Shown piece after piece: positions 25,935 to 36,229 of a stretch of 45,230 nucleotides of DNA. Source of the DNA: Euprymna scolopes (taxonomy: Eukaryota); assembly GCA_053919585.1 (NCBI GenBank), contig CM132795.1; one strand, written 5' to 3'. The notes below the pieces were generated by a model. It was not told the DNA's origin. It did no database searches and worked only from the letters and a program-made list of their open reading frames with translations. The translations under genes and the position numbers were made by a program. The stretch's first letter is position 1. Each line of letters begins with the position of its first letter.

Positions 25935-27216
25935 AGAGGGGCGTGCAATAAGTAATGCCCCTGCCCCACTTCCAGTTGTCTGATCTAGCTGAAATTTTGC
26001 ATGTGCAATGATTTAAATCTCTACGGGTTATGTGGCACTTTACAGCTCTGAACTAATTGTGGTTTCTGTTTTACAGGTGTTTTAACTGAGTCAGGGGTGA
26101 TATGGGGCCTGTTGAATGTCGGGCAGTGATCCGGTTTTTGTATTTGAAAGGACGCACACCACAGGAGACTTTGGACGAAATGAAAGAAACTCATGGAGAT
26201 AATGCCCCATCATATGATCTTGTAAAACGCTAGCATCGTGAATTCAACATGGCCGGAAGCCTGTAGAAACAGGTCCCAGACCTGGTCGACCCCTTCTGCC
26301 ATTGATGGGGCATCTATCCATCAAGTTGAGGCCGCTATTTTGGAAGATCGGCGCATGACTATTATTCAAATAGCCCAAGATGTCAAGATTAGTACAAGGT
26401 CTGTGGAAAATATCATTCATGACCATTTGCATATGCATACCGTGTCTACCAGGTGGATTCCCAGGTTTCTCACACCATTCCAGAAGCGGGAACGCGTCGA
26501 GTTCTCGGGGATGAATTTGGAGATGTGCCAAGAAGATGAGTCAAAGTTTTTCAAAAGATTGATCACATAAGATATATCCTGGATCCATCCCTATGATCCA
26601 GAGACCTAAGCCCAGTCAATGCAGTGGAAGCACTTGGATTCACTACCTCCAAAGAAAGCAAGAGTGCAGCCCTCCGCTGGCAAGATCATGCTCACAGTCT
26701 TCTGGGACCAGGACGGAGTAGTGATGACAGATTTCCTGGTAAAGGGTACCACAACTACAGGAGCCTATTATGCTTCACTTTTGAGGAAATTAAGGGAAGA
26801 TATCAAAATAAAGAGGCGCAGCAAGGTCAGCCAAGGTACCTTCCTTCTGCAGGACAACTCTCCGCTCCACAACTGGCCAGATTAGAAACACAGGCGTATG
26901 GTTATGAAATCCTCCTCCATCCTCTCTACTCTCCTGGCGTTGCACCTTCTGGCTTTCACCTCTTCCCAGCCATGAGGTTGTTTTTGAAAGGAAAGCGTTT
27001 CCCAGACGATGCAGCCTTGATCTCTGAAGTCATGTCGTGGTTGGAGGACCAACCTGGAGTGTTCTACAAAAACGGTTTCCAGAGCTGCATCAAACGATGG
27101 GAGAAATGCATAACTCTGGGTGGTTTCTATATAGAAAGACTAATAACTGTGCCCAATTTCGTTGCTTTACTGCTATGGGAAGTGGATCAGGGGCATTAAT
27201 TATTGCACACCCCTCG
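25935..27216 (+). mobile_element. Full-length mariner transposon (irritans-like), decayed
   Basis: TIRs GAGGGG(C/T)GTGCAATAA(G/T)TAATGCCCCTG at 25936-25963 and 27188-27215; TA at 27217-27218; left end mutated; about 1.28 kb. Confidence 0.92.
26102..27145 (+). pseudogene. Mariner transposase pseudogene
   Basis: MGPVECRAVIRFL, PRPGRP, RWIPRFLT (WVPHEL equivalent), GKIMLTVFWD, LQDNS, YSPGVAPSGFHLF (YSPDLAPSD equivalent), RWEKCI; several stops and frameshifts. Confidence 0.92.
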
Positions 27217-28418
27217 TATGTATGTTCATATGTATGTGGATATAGATGGGTTTATGTGTATGTGTATTTGTATATATATTTTTTATATGTAAAGATATGT
27301 GTGTATGTATTCATGGGTCGTGTATATATGCATGTTGCATATTTGTATATATGTGTATGTGTATACATGTATATGCACTTGTTTGTGTAGATGTATTTGT
27401 GCATATGTATATGTATGTGAATGCATATATATTTGCGTGTATGTGTATATGTATAGCTGGATATATATGTCACCACATAACCATTATCCAAAACACCATC
27501 TTAGACACCCACTCCTTCTATATCTAAACTTAACGGAACTACAATAACCCCTGACTCATTATAATTAACCATCACTTTCTTTTAACTGTTAACCTTAAAT
27601 CTTCAGGAGCCTTATTTTCGTCCAACCACATTTAAACTCTTAAATATCCTACTAACCATATAAGTAGGAATATAGCACAACCTAGTTATGTCTACTCTAG
27701 TCTAATAAATAACTCTTACTCTTTAGATGTATATTTCTTATACTTATACATTTTAACCACTATATCCATAAAAATACTTTAACGTTTTATAAGTGACCCC
27801 TAAAACTATTTACATTTTTACTACATGTAATTTACACTTCTTCTTCTCCTTCCTCTTATTATTTCTATTATTTTTATTTTTATTTTCACCTATATAACAA
27901 TTTACAATTGACTCAGTATGTCCTTATATGTGTAGATTTATATCGGCATTGTGCTTTGTGTGTGTATAGGTGCATGGCCACGCTTATACCAATATCTAAC
28001 CTTAATAACTCTTTTAAATCTGACCTCTAATATCAAACACCCGGAACCAGTTTATTAAACCATGTAATCATCTTCAACACATTAAACCTACCTAAACTTT
28101 AGGACCTATGAGCTATTATAACTTAACCCCTACCTAATGAATCCTTATACTCTATACAGCATTCCAAATATTAAACCAACCATATGTATAGGAACATATT
28201 TTATCATTAATCTACCTAACCTAGGTTAATTAATTATAACTATTTATATATCCTACTTTATTTACTTATTATAGATATGTATATATTTATATATATGTGT
28301 ACATATGTATTAATGTATATATATATATATATATATATATCTTCTATTTCATGCCCTCTGTATTTATGCAATTACTTAGCGAATATTATCCCATTTCCTT
28401 TATCCTCATTTCTATTAT

Positions 28419-28487
<69 letters not shown>

Positions 28488-28914
28488 TATATCCTCCTTC
28501 ATCCAGACTTTATGATTCCATATTTTGCTATATTTATTCAACCCATATCTGGCAATTTTAATTTAATGCACTTTAATTAATTTCTTAAAGACCTTTAATA
28601 GTCAATGAATTCAAATAGATAAAATCATATAAGTTGGACGTAACTAAACCTGCTTTGAGAAGGCTCATCTTAATTACTGCAAACAACACCCTCCCTCTAA
28701 ATCTGCATAAACATTTACATGTCAAAATGCATATGACATATACGTAACACCTAAGCGCGACAGTCCAGAGCCACATGTTGAATTGCTTGTTTCTCCCCCC
28801 CTTCCGTATTTATTCTTATCTCTGTATTTCTTTTCCCCATCTCCGATGCCTTTCTTTATTCACCTTTTTTTATCTCTCTCACCCCATCCCTCATTCCCTC
28901 TCTACCCCTTTCAT

Positions 28915-29150
28915 ATATTCCTGTCCGTGTCTAGTTGAACAGTTTAACCCCTAACTCTAACCCCTACCCTTTTTGAATGTTTATTAAATCTTAAATGTTA
29001 AAATTGAAATTATTCCTCACTCCTTTCCTTACCCTAATCTCTACAGCTATCCTCCCCTCCCTATATTCCTATCCGTGTCTAGCTGACTTTTTTAAACGTC
29101 CCCTAACCCCTACAACTGTTTAATGTTTATTAAACATTAAAACTAAACTG
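28915..29150 (+). repeat. Imperfect tandem duplication, period about 148 bp
   Basis: ATATTCCT.TCCGTGTCTAG...CTAACCCCTAC...AATGTTTATTAAA starting at 28915 and 29063. Confidence 0.8.
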
Positions 29151-29245
29151 TTGTCGATCTCCGGCCCTTTTTCTTCCTTTTCTTTCCCCTTTTTTTCGTG
29201 GTATTCTAATATCATTTTTCCAATCATAATGACCGTTTCTGTAAT

Positions 29246-29300
29246 GTCTGATGAACTTACTGGATAGTTTATACGATTCGGAAACAGAAACATGTGTAAC
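29246..29300 (+). ncRNA. Decayed type I hammerhead
   Basis: GT-CTGATGA (29248-29254), imperfect long stem II, GAAAC 29287-29291, ATGT-GTA-AC. Confidence 0.45.
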
Positions 29301-29553
29301 TAAGCAGATAAAAAGGAAATAGAAAATAAAACACATCCACATACACATATATATATACATTTATTTATTTCAATAATGTGTATATATATCTATTTATCAT
29401 TTGAATGTAAACAAATGTACAAATTTATTGATTTTAATAATATATCTATATTATTGTTATACATATTTTATGTATATATTTATCTATTAAAATAATATAT
29501 AGGTGTTTATTATTTTCATATATACTTTTTTCTTATATGCACATTTATTTTAT

Positions 29554-29615
<62 letters not shown>

Positions 29616-30399
29616 CTCAGTCTCTGCTATGGACTCGCATTTATTTATTAAGATATACGCAAACAATTTGTTAATTTAGAAAATGAAATTATTCATACTT
29701 CAATAAAACTGTAGAGTTGACTCATAATGTAAAAAAATATCAAACCTATTGAAACGCGAATAGCTCCATTTAAAAACAGAAAATTTGGCTGCACATACTG
29801 AATAGAATCATTTGCTATAAAAATATATATTTAACTAAAACCAAAGGATCGTTGAATAAAATTAATTAACAATAATTTATTAATAAATAATCATTCCTTC
29901 AACATGAATCTGGAAATTTGTAAACCATGCCATTGCCATCACCTATAATATTTCCTATATAATATGTTTTTTAAACCTAATTTTACATGAATACATCGTT
30001 TTTACTTTACCAACAGTGCAAGAAATTAGCCAAACATTCTGTCCTTTGCTTGACACAAAAATAGACTTTATTTCTCATTTGCTTGACCAATTGTCTTCAT
30101 ACTATTATTCAGCAAGAAATGCAAAACAAGGATTTTTGTGTATTATTACATAGTTATTTTGATGGGCCTTTAAAAATTAATAAACTATCAAATCTAAGCT
30201 ATGAATTCAGTTTGTTTTTCTGTTGATGATTGACGTGGTCATTTGACACATAAAGAAATAGATTTATCGAGATTGAAGCTTCCTGTTCCATAAAATCAGT
30301 AAGCATCCTTGTGTGCGTACTTCCTGAAAGAGCCAGCGTGAAAAGTGTAATGTATAATGCATGCAGTACTTTCTGTGCAAAATAAAAACTAAAACAGAA

Positions 30400-30541
30400 A
30401 GAGAGAGAAAGGGGGGTGTATTATATATATATATAGAGAGAGAGAGAGAGAAAGAGAGAGAAAGAAAGAGAGAGAGTAATATACATAGAGAGAGCGAGTA
30501 ATATATATATAGAGAGAGGGAGAAATATATATAGAGAGAGT

Positions 30542-30573
<32 letters not shown>

Positions 30574-30623
30574 TAGAGAGATAGAGAGTAATATATCTAT
30601 ATATAAATATACATAGAGAGAGT

Positions 30624-30658
<35 letters not shown>

Positions 30659-31230
30659 TAATATATATATATATATAGAACTATATATATATATATAAAG
30701 TGAGAGAGAGCAATATATATTTAGAGAGAAAGAGTACATATAGAGAGAGATATAGAGTAATAGAGAAAGGAAGAGAGTAATAGAGAAAAGGATTAATAGA
30801 TCGAGAGAGAGAGTAATAGATAGAGTGGGAGAGAGTAATAAAGATAGAGGGAAGGAGTAGAGAGACAATGAGATTAATAGCGAGAGAGAAAGGGAGAGTA
30901 ATAGACGGAGAGAGAGAAAGTGAGTAACAGAGAGATGGGAAGAGTAATATATATAGTGAGGGAGAAAGTTATAGAGAATGAGAGCGTAATAGAGAGAGAT
31001 AGGCAGAGGAATATATAAAGAGAGGGATAACCTAATAGAGAGGGAAAGAGTAATAGAGAGAGAGGAATATAGTAATAGACAGGGAAAGAAAGGTAATAGA
31101 AAGTAATAGAGAGAGAAAGATGCAGAGAGTAATAGAGAGAGAGGGGGTTATTGAGATAAAGAGAGGGATAGAAATTCCAACGGAAACTGAAGCAGATATA
31201 AAGAGAGAGACTAGAGAGACGAATTGATAG
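30400..31230 (+). repeat. GA-rich degenerate minisatellite built on GAGAGTAATA
   Basis: The motif recurs many times between (GA)n and (TA)n runs. Confidence 0.85.
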
Positions 31231-31483
31231 ATCAAGGGGTTTTAAAAGGTGTTTAATACATATTTTATCTCTTCTATGTTGATATCAATGCGATTGGGAA
31301 ACACTGAGTTGGCATGCTAATTCATTAATAATCATACTTCATTTGAATCAGCATTGTACGACATTTTGAAACAATTTGTCTCTGTTGTTGACACTGTTTT
31401 CCTTGAATCCATCTAGAGTAAGGTACCTACAGAAAGGCCCGCATGCAAGTTGCCAACATGCATGAATGAAAATGCTTCTCATT

Positions 31484-31621
31484 ACTGGCTCTCTTTACAT
31501 CAGTTCAGTTAAGCAACGTTGAATCTTGTCAGTACTAGGTGGGTGAATATGTGGGAATACTAAATACTGCATGTGAAAGGAGAGTAAAACTTCCTTGCCA
31601 AAAATTTAAAAAAAAAAAAAA
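31484..31621 (+). pseudogene. 5S rRNA-derived relic (pseudogene or SINE3 head)
   Basis: AGTTAAGCAACGT...AGTACTAGGTGGGTGA...TGGGAATAC aligns colinearly with invertebrate 5S rRNA (A box, intermediate element, C box); A-run at about 31608-31621. Confidence 0.65.
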
Positions 31622-32327
31622 CACTTCGATAAATGGTGGCGTCTCCCATGTAACTTGCTACCGAGGTAGATTGTAAATGTAATATTTCCTAGAAAATCCA
31701 TCTTCTGATAAATGTTTACTCACCTTCGTTAGAGTAAATTTTGCACTAAAAGCCAGGTACCAGCAATATAAAGAGCTTCTATAGAACCGACTGGATTAGA
31801 CTTTAGCACATACGTGTGTAATGTTCTCATTATTATTAACTTCATTGTACCGAAAAATTATTCAATTGTCGCCCAGTTCACAATATGTTAATGATTATAT
31901 ATATAATGCATAATCAACTGCCCTTCCAAAAACGCGTATTCTCCTGGGAATAGATAGATTGCTTGGTTAACATCATTTAAAGAAATAAGCTATAAATATA
32001 TTTTATGACTTTTGTTTGATGGTTTTCTTTGGTAAGTAAAGCTGAGAGAATGTTTCTTGTTTTGAAAATAAATTTAAAATTAAAAACAACAAGATGAATA
32101 CACAATAAATAAGTCGAGGTCGTTTAGATGCACTTGATGTCGATTATATCAAAACGTTGTTGGAAAGAAAACCAAAACTTCATAATAAAATGTTTCTTTT
32201 TTATAGCTTTTAAAATCTTTTGACATAAATCGATTGGACAGTTTAGGTTGTCTGGTTGTTATTTTCGACCGAAATTCATACAAAACAGGGAAAAAGATAT
32301 AATAATATCCCACATCTATATCTCTTT

Positions 32328-32375
<48 letters not shown>

Positions 32376-32543
32376 AATTCTACAGCCAAACAACGTCGCA
32401 GCCCACAAGAGCCATGACAGTCAACGAACCGGAAGTCCAAGATTCGAGTTTCTCCCTCATTTGGGCCCATCAGTTAGACACATCCGAACGAACTCAGGAT
32501 TCGAAACCCGCTCTTTCGGGCGACATTGTTTGGCTGTGGAATT
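32376..32543 (-). mobile_element. 168-nt self-complementary element with an apical decayed hammerhead, inserted in (TA)n
   Basis: 24-bp terminal inverted repeat (22/24), inner pairings AAGAGC/GCTCTT, CGGA/TCCG and GTCTAA/TTGGAC, hammerhead-like core 32435-32479. Confidence 0.7.
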
Positions 32544-32573
32544 ATATATTCTTTCACATTCTGAAAATCCTAT

Positions 32574-32637
<64 letters not shown>

Positions 32638-32807
32638 GACAGACAACGACAGCAATAAAAGAATGTTGAGATCAAGTGCGTGAAAGAGACTTTGATAGAG
32701 TAATAAATATAGTACGGGAATGAGAGAGCTTGAGGTTCTTGCTAATGTTGCCAGGGATGGCTTCTGTTGCCGGGTCCGAATCGATCGACTGGTGTTAATC
32801 ATAACGC

Positions 32808-32853
32808 CCTGCACTGATGATTCCCGAAAGGATGAAACATTAGTGTCTTCAAA
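32808..32853 (+). ncRNA. Type I hammerhead, family A copy 1 (stem I decayed)
   Basis: CTGATGA 32814-32820, TCC/GGA, GAAAC 32834-32838, ATTAGT, GTC 32845-32847. Confidence 0.7.
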
Positions 32854-33139
32854 TATTTAATAACTATTATAGTGAATAATTATGTCAGCTTCTTTAATAA
32901 AATCGTTTCTTGTCGTTGAGCACTTTAAGTTGAAAGAAAAAGTCTGTAAATTTAGCTCTTATACGCAGATCATCATAGGCTTAGATCTCCCTGAAAAACG
33001 TTAAAAAACATTAAAAATATAAATATTTAAATTCCAACAGTATTTATCGCGGCTTAGGGTAGCCAAATGGATTAGGTCCTTGCTCATGTAGCAAGAGATT
33101 GATTCTGTTATATATATCGACTGAGGTTAACCGTAACAC

Positions 33140-33185
33140 CCTGCACTGACGACTCCCGAACGGATGAAACACTAGTGTCTGTAGG
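33140..33185 (+). ncRNA. Type I hammerhead, family A copy 2
   Basis: Stem I CCTGCA/TGTAGG, CTGACGA 33146-33152, TCC/GGA stem II with a C.U first position, GAAAC, perfect palindrome ACACTAGTGT, GTC 33177-33179. Confidence 0.85.
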
Positions 33186-33588
33186 TATTTAATAATTATT
33201 ATAATAAATAATTATATATATGTATGTATATAAAGAGGATGTGTCGATATGCATGTAAGAGTCTAAGAAAAAGGTATGTGTATGATAGAGAATATGTAAA
33301 GGCCGAATTTCAGATCAATGAAAACGAAGCATGTGAATCGCCCCCGCGCATTTATAGCCAGCCTATGCTTTTTTTATGGAGTACACTAAAAATTATCGAA
33401 AATATAGGCAGTCTCATAAAAGTTTATATTAAAAATATAAATATAGACTTACCTATAGCGTCGTAATTTATTATTATATTTGGAAACAGTTTTAATATTT
33501 TGATGCTCGATTGTAAACTTTTTGGAATAGAATCTGTGCTCTTAAATCTTGAACATAAGTGTGTGCGTGCGTATCTAATACGAAATGA

Positions 33589-33664
<76 letters not shown>

Positions 33665-33670
<6 letters not shown>

Positions 33671-34042
33671 TTCGTCCCCCCTCGCCAATCTTTCACGAGA
33701 AACACCCGTCTGGCTGAAACTACTGTCAACAATTTTCCCCACTCTTTATCTGTGCCTAAATACAAACGTAGATTCCATGAGCAAAGCTTCTTTCTTAGAA
33801 CTGCACGCCAGTGGAACTCTCTGTCACTTGCCTGTTTCCCACCTGACTACAACTTGGACGTTTTCAAGTCCAACATAAACAAACTCCTGACAAACCGCCC
33901 TGTTAAGTAAGGCACTCTATTAAAACCCCCAATACAAATGATTACTACAATACTATCTCATTGATTACTGTACACGCAATAACCCTTATCCCTGAGTGGC
34001 CGTCGGGCCTTGATAAGTTGTGACCTCCATGTAAAATAAAAA
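33665..34042 (+). mobile_element. 5'-truncated CR1/L2-group LINE 3' end (ORF2 C-terminus 33665-33910 plus 3' UTR)
   Basis: An ATG-less open frame gives VPPRQSFTRNTR...SFFLRTARQWNSL..CFPPDYNLDVFKSNIN..*, the typical SFF.RT...WNSLP..FK tail; ends in an A-rich stretch. Confidence 0.8.
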
Positions 34043-34530
34043 TGTACCCGGCGTTGCCATTTATTAAATGTAACGTCACATTCCTTTAAGAAATGACTTT
34101 AATAACATAAAGAAACTGAGACGTGTGCATGCGTTCTTTCTAAACAATTCACGTCTCGCAAGTAAAAAAAAAAATACTTGAGCTGAGGTCGAAAGCGAAG
34201 CCTAAAAAGAGTGAGTTAATTACGATAACCATTAGCCAAACTGAACACGATCCCCAGAATGTGTTTTTATAACGTTTCTTTATTCGTTTTCTAATAGTGA
34301 GGTGCAAGATTAAAAAATATTGTTATAAAAAAATTACAAATTAAAAAAACATTTTTACAAGAACATATTTTCGACCAACCCTTCGGTCTTCCTGAATGTA
34401 GTGGAAGAGATGCGCATGCATGACGGAAGAGGAAAAAGGAGGAGGCAGAAGGAAATTGTATAGTCAATGAGAAGGTACCGCGTTAGCCTTAAATACATAT
34501 ACCTATAACATGAAAAACCACATGCACGCA

Positions 34531-34568
<38 letters not shown>

Positions 34569-34873
34569 ACACATATATATATATATACATATATATGAAA
34601 AACAAACAAAAATTAAACAATATGTAAATAACTAATATTTTAAATTCTAACGACAATAATTATTCTTAGAGAATAAAAATCCGAAGGATATAAGACCTGT
34701 TAAGGAGGGATGCTGTAAAAACATTTGTAAGTCAACGACTATTTTTTAGTTCGAAAAAAGGAACGAAAACGTCGCTTTCAACCCTAACTGTATTTTGAAA
34801 CCGATACAAAACGCTATTTTTTATATATTTATATGCACATACACACACATACACAAACATATGCATATATGCA

Positions 34874-34914
<41 letters not shown>

Positions 34915-35089
34915 GCATACATACACACATATACACATATACAAATACATAAACGTGTACGCATATATACAGGCGTATACAAACCTATACATACATACAT
35001 ACAAAAACCTACACAGATACGTAAGAATATCTAGCAAAAGAGAGAAATGGAAATAAGGGGTATGGGAGAAGTGAGATACAGGTGTACAG

Positions 35090-35140
<51 letters not shown>

Positions 35141-35305
35141 GGGCATATGAAGCAAATTAATACTTAAAGAAAATGTAAGCGTTTTTAAAAAAATCATACG
35201 CGTATAAGCGATGCTCTTTGTGTAAACAAATTGAGCTTAGGTACTTTGAACAATGTGCTTGGACGATCGGGTTTCGATCCTGGCTTGAGGTAGTTGCTTG
35301 TCTAG

Positions 35306-35349
35306 CCGCACTGATGAGCTGTGAAACTGCGAAACAGTACTGTATATGG
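35306..35349 (+). ncRNA. Type I hammerhead, family B copy 1
   Basis: CCGCA-CTGATGA (35311)-GC..GC-GAAAC-AGTACT-GTA (35342-35344)-TATGG; one stem I mismatch and a weakened stem II. Confidence 0.78.
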
Positions 35350-35579
35350 ATGACTATAATGCTCCCTATCTTAGGTTAAGCATTTGAGAACTGATATACA
35401 AATTACCATTAGCGTATGAAGCGATGCTCCTTGTGCAAACAAATTGAGCTTAGGTACTTTGGACAATGTCAAAACATTATTAATTCACTGCCCTCATAGC
35501 ATCAGCCGTATAGCTCAAGGGTTAAAACTCAGACCGTCGTTTGGGGTTCGATCCTGACTTGAGATAGTTGCTTGTCTAG

Positions 35580-35623
35580 CCGCACTGATGAGCTGTAAAA
35601 TAGCGAAACAGTACTGTATGTGG
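35580..35623 (+). ncRNA. Type I hammerhead, family B copy 2 (core intact)
   Basis: Stem I CCGCA/TGTGG, CTGATGA 35585-35591, stem II GCTGT/ATAGC, GAAAC 35605-35609, perfect palindrome ACAGTACTGT, GTA 35616-35618. Confidence 0.9.
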
Positions 35624-35628
35624 ATGAC

Positions 35629-35710
<82 letters not shown>

Positions 35711-35803
35711 TGTTTACATACACGTACATGTAAATATACACATACATTCATCTATATGCATACATCCGTACTACTCCCATATACATACATAAACCTATGT
35801 CCG

Positions 35804-35863
<60 letters not shown>
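35629..35863 (+). repeat. Compound (TA)n-(TG)n-(GA)n microsatellites, representative of dozens of (TA)n runs across the window
   Basis: Direct reading. Confidence 0.95.
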
Positions 35864-35868
<5 letters not shown>

Positions 35869-36229
35869 GGGGTGAGAAAGAGTGAGGGCGAGAATGTGAT
35901 GCAGATTACGGAGAAAGAAGGGAGGAAGATACTGATTAGGTCTAATATCTATATGTACACACATACACAAAAACACACGCATATATATACATACATGCAT
36001 ATACACACATATATACTTACACAAGTGCACCACACACTAATAGACAGGCACATACATGTATACACATACACATATATACACACATACACAAATGTACAAA
36101 CACATATACATACCTATATATACGAGTATATAAAGAAGGTTAAAACTTAGGGAAATGTGGAGGTTTGGGAAAGACAGTTTGCTCGAGAGAAAAAATAAAA
36201 GGTTTTCCCCAGCGTGCATATCCATCCCA

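Larger units (their letters stand above)
27480..29350 (+). mobile_element. Probable PLE-type 3' UTR remnant (G-poor) ending in a decayed hammerhead
   Basis: Compositional skew, internal 148-bp-period duplication and hammerhead-like core at 29246-29300; boundaries approximate. Confidence 0.35.
32733..33215 (+). mobile_element. Retrozyme-like tandem element, family A (332-nt period)
   Basis: Direct repeats 32784-32883 / 33116-33215 plus 32733-32768 / 33074-33109; each unit has a hammerhead and tRNA-like remnants. Confidence 0.8.
35200..35630 (+). mobile_element. Retrozyme-like tandem element, family B (274-nt period) with Pol III A/B boxes
   Basis: Blocks 35200-35256 / 35412-35469 and about 35270-35356 / 35544-35630 repeat; A box TAGCTCAAGGG 35511-35521; B box GGTTCGATCC 35545-35554. 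Confidence 0.85.

Noticed and set aside
28950-29112. CCCTAA telomere-like hexamers
   Set aside because: Scattered single copies within a C-rich duplication, not an array
32733-35630. Repeat pairs as CRISPR arrays, or the heads as real tRNA genes
   Set aside because: Eukaryotic context, only two long units each, no spacers or cas genes, and incomplete cloverleaves
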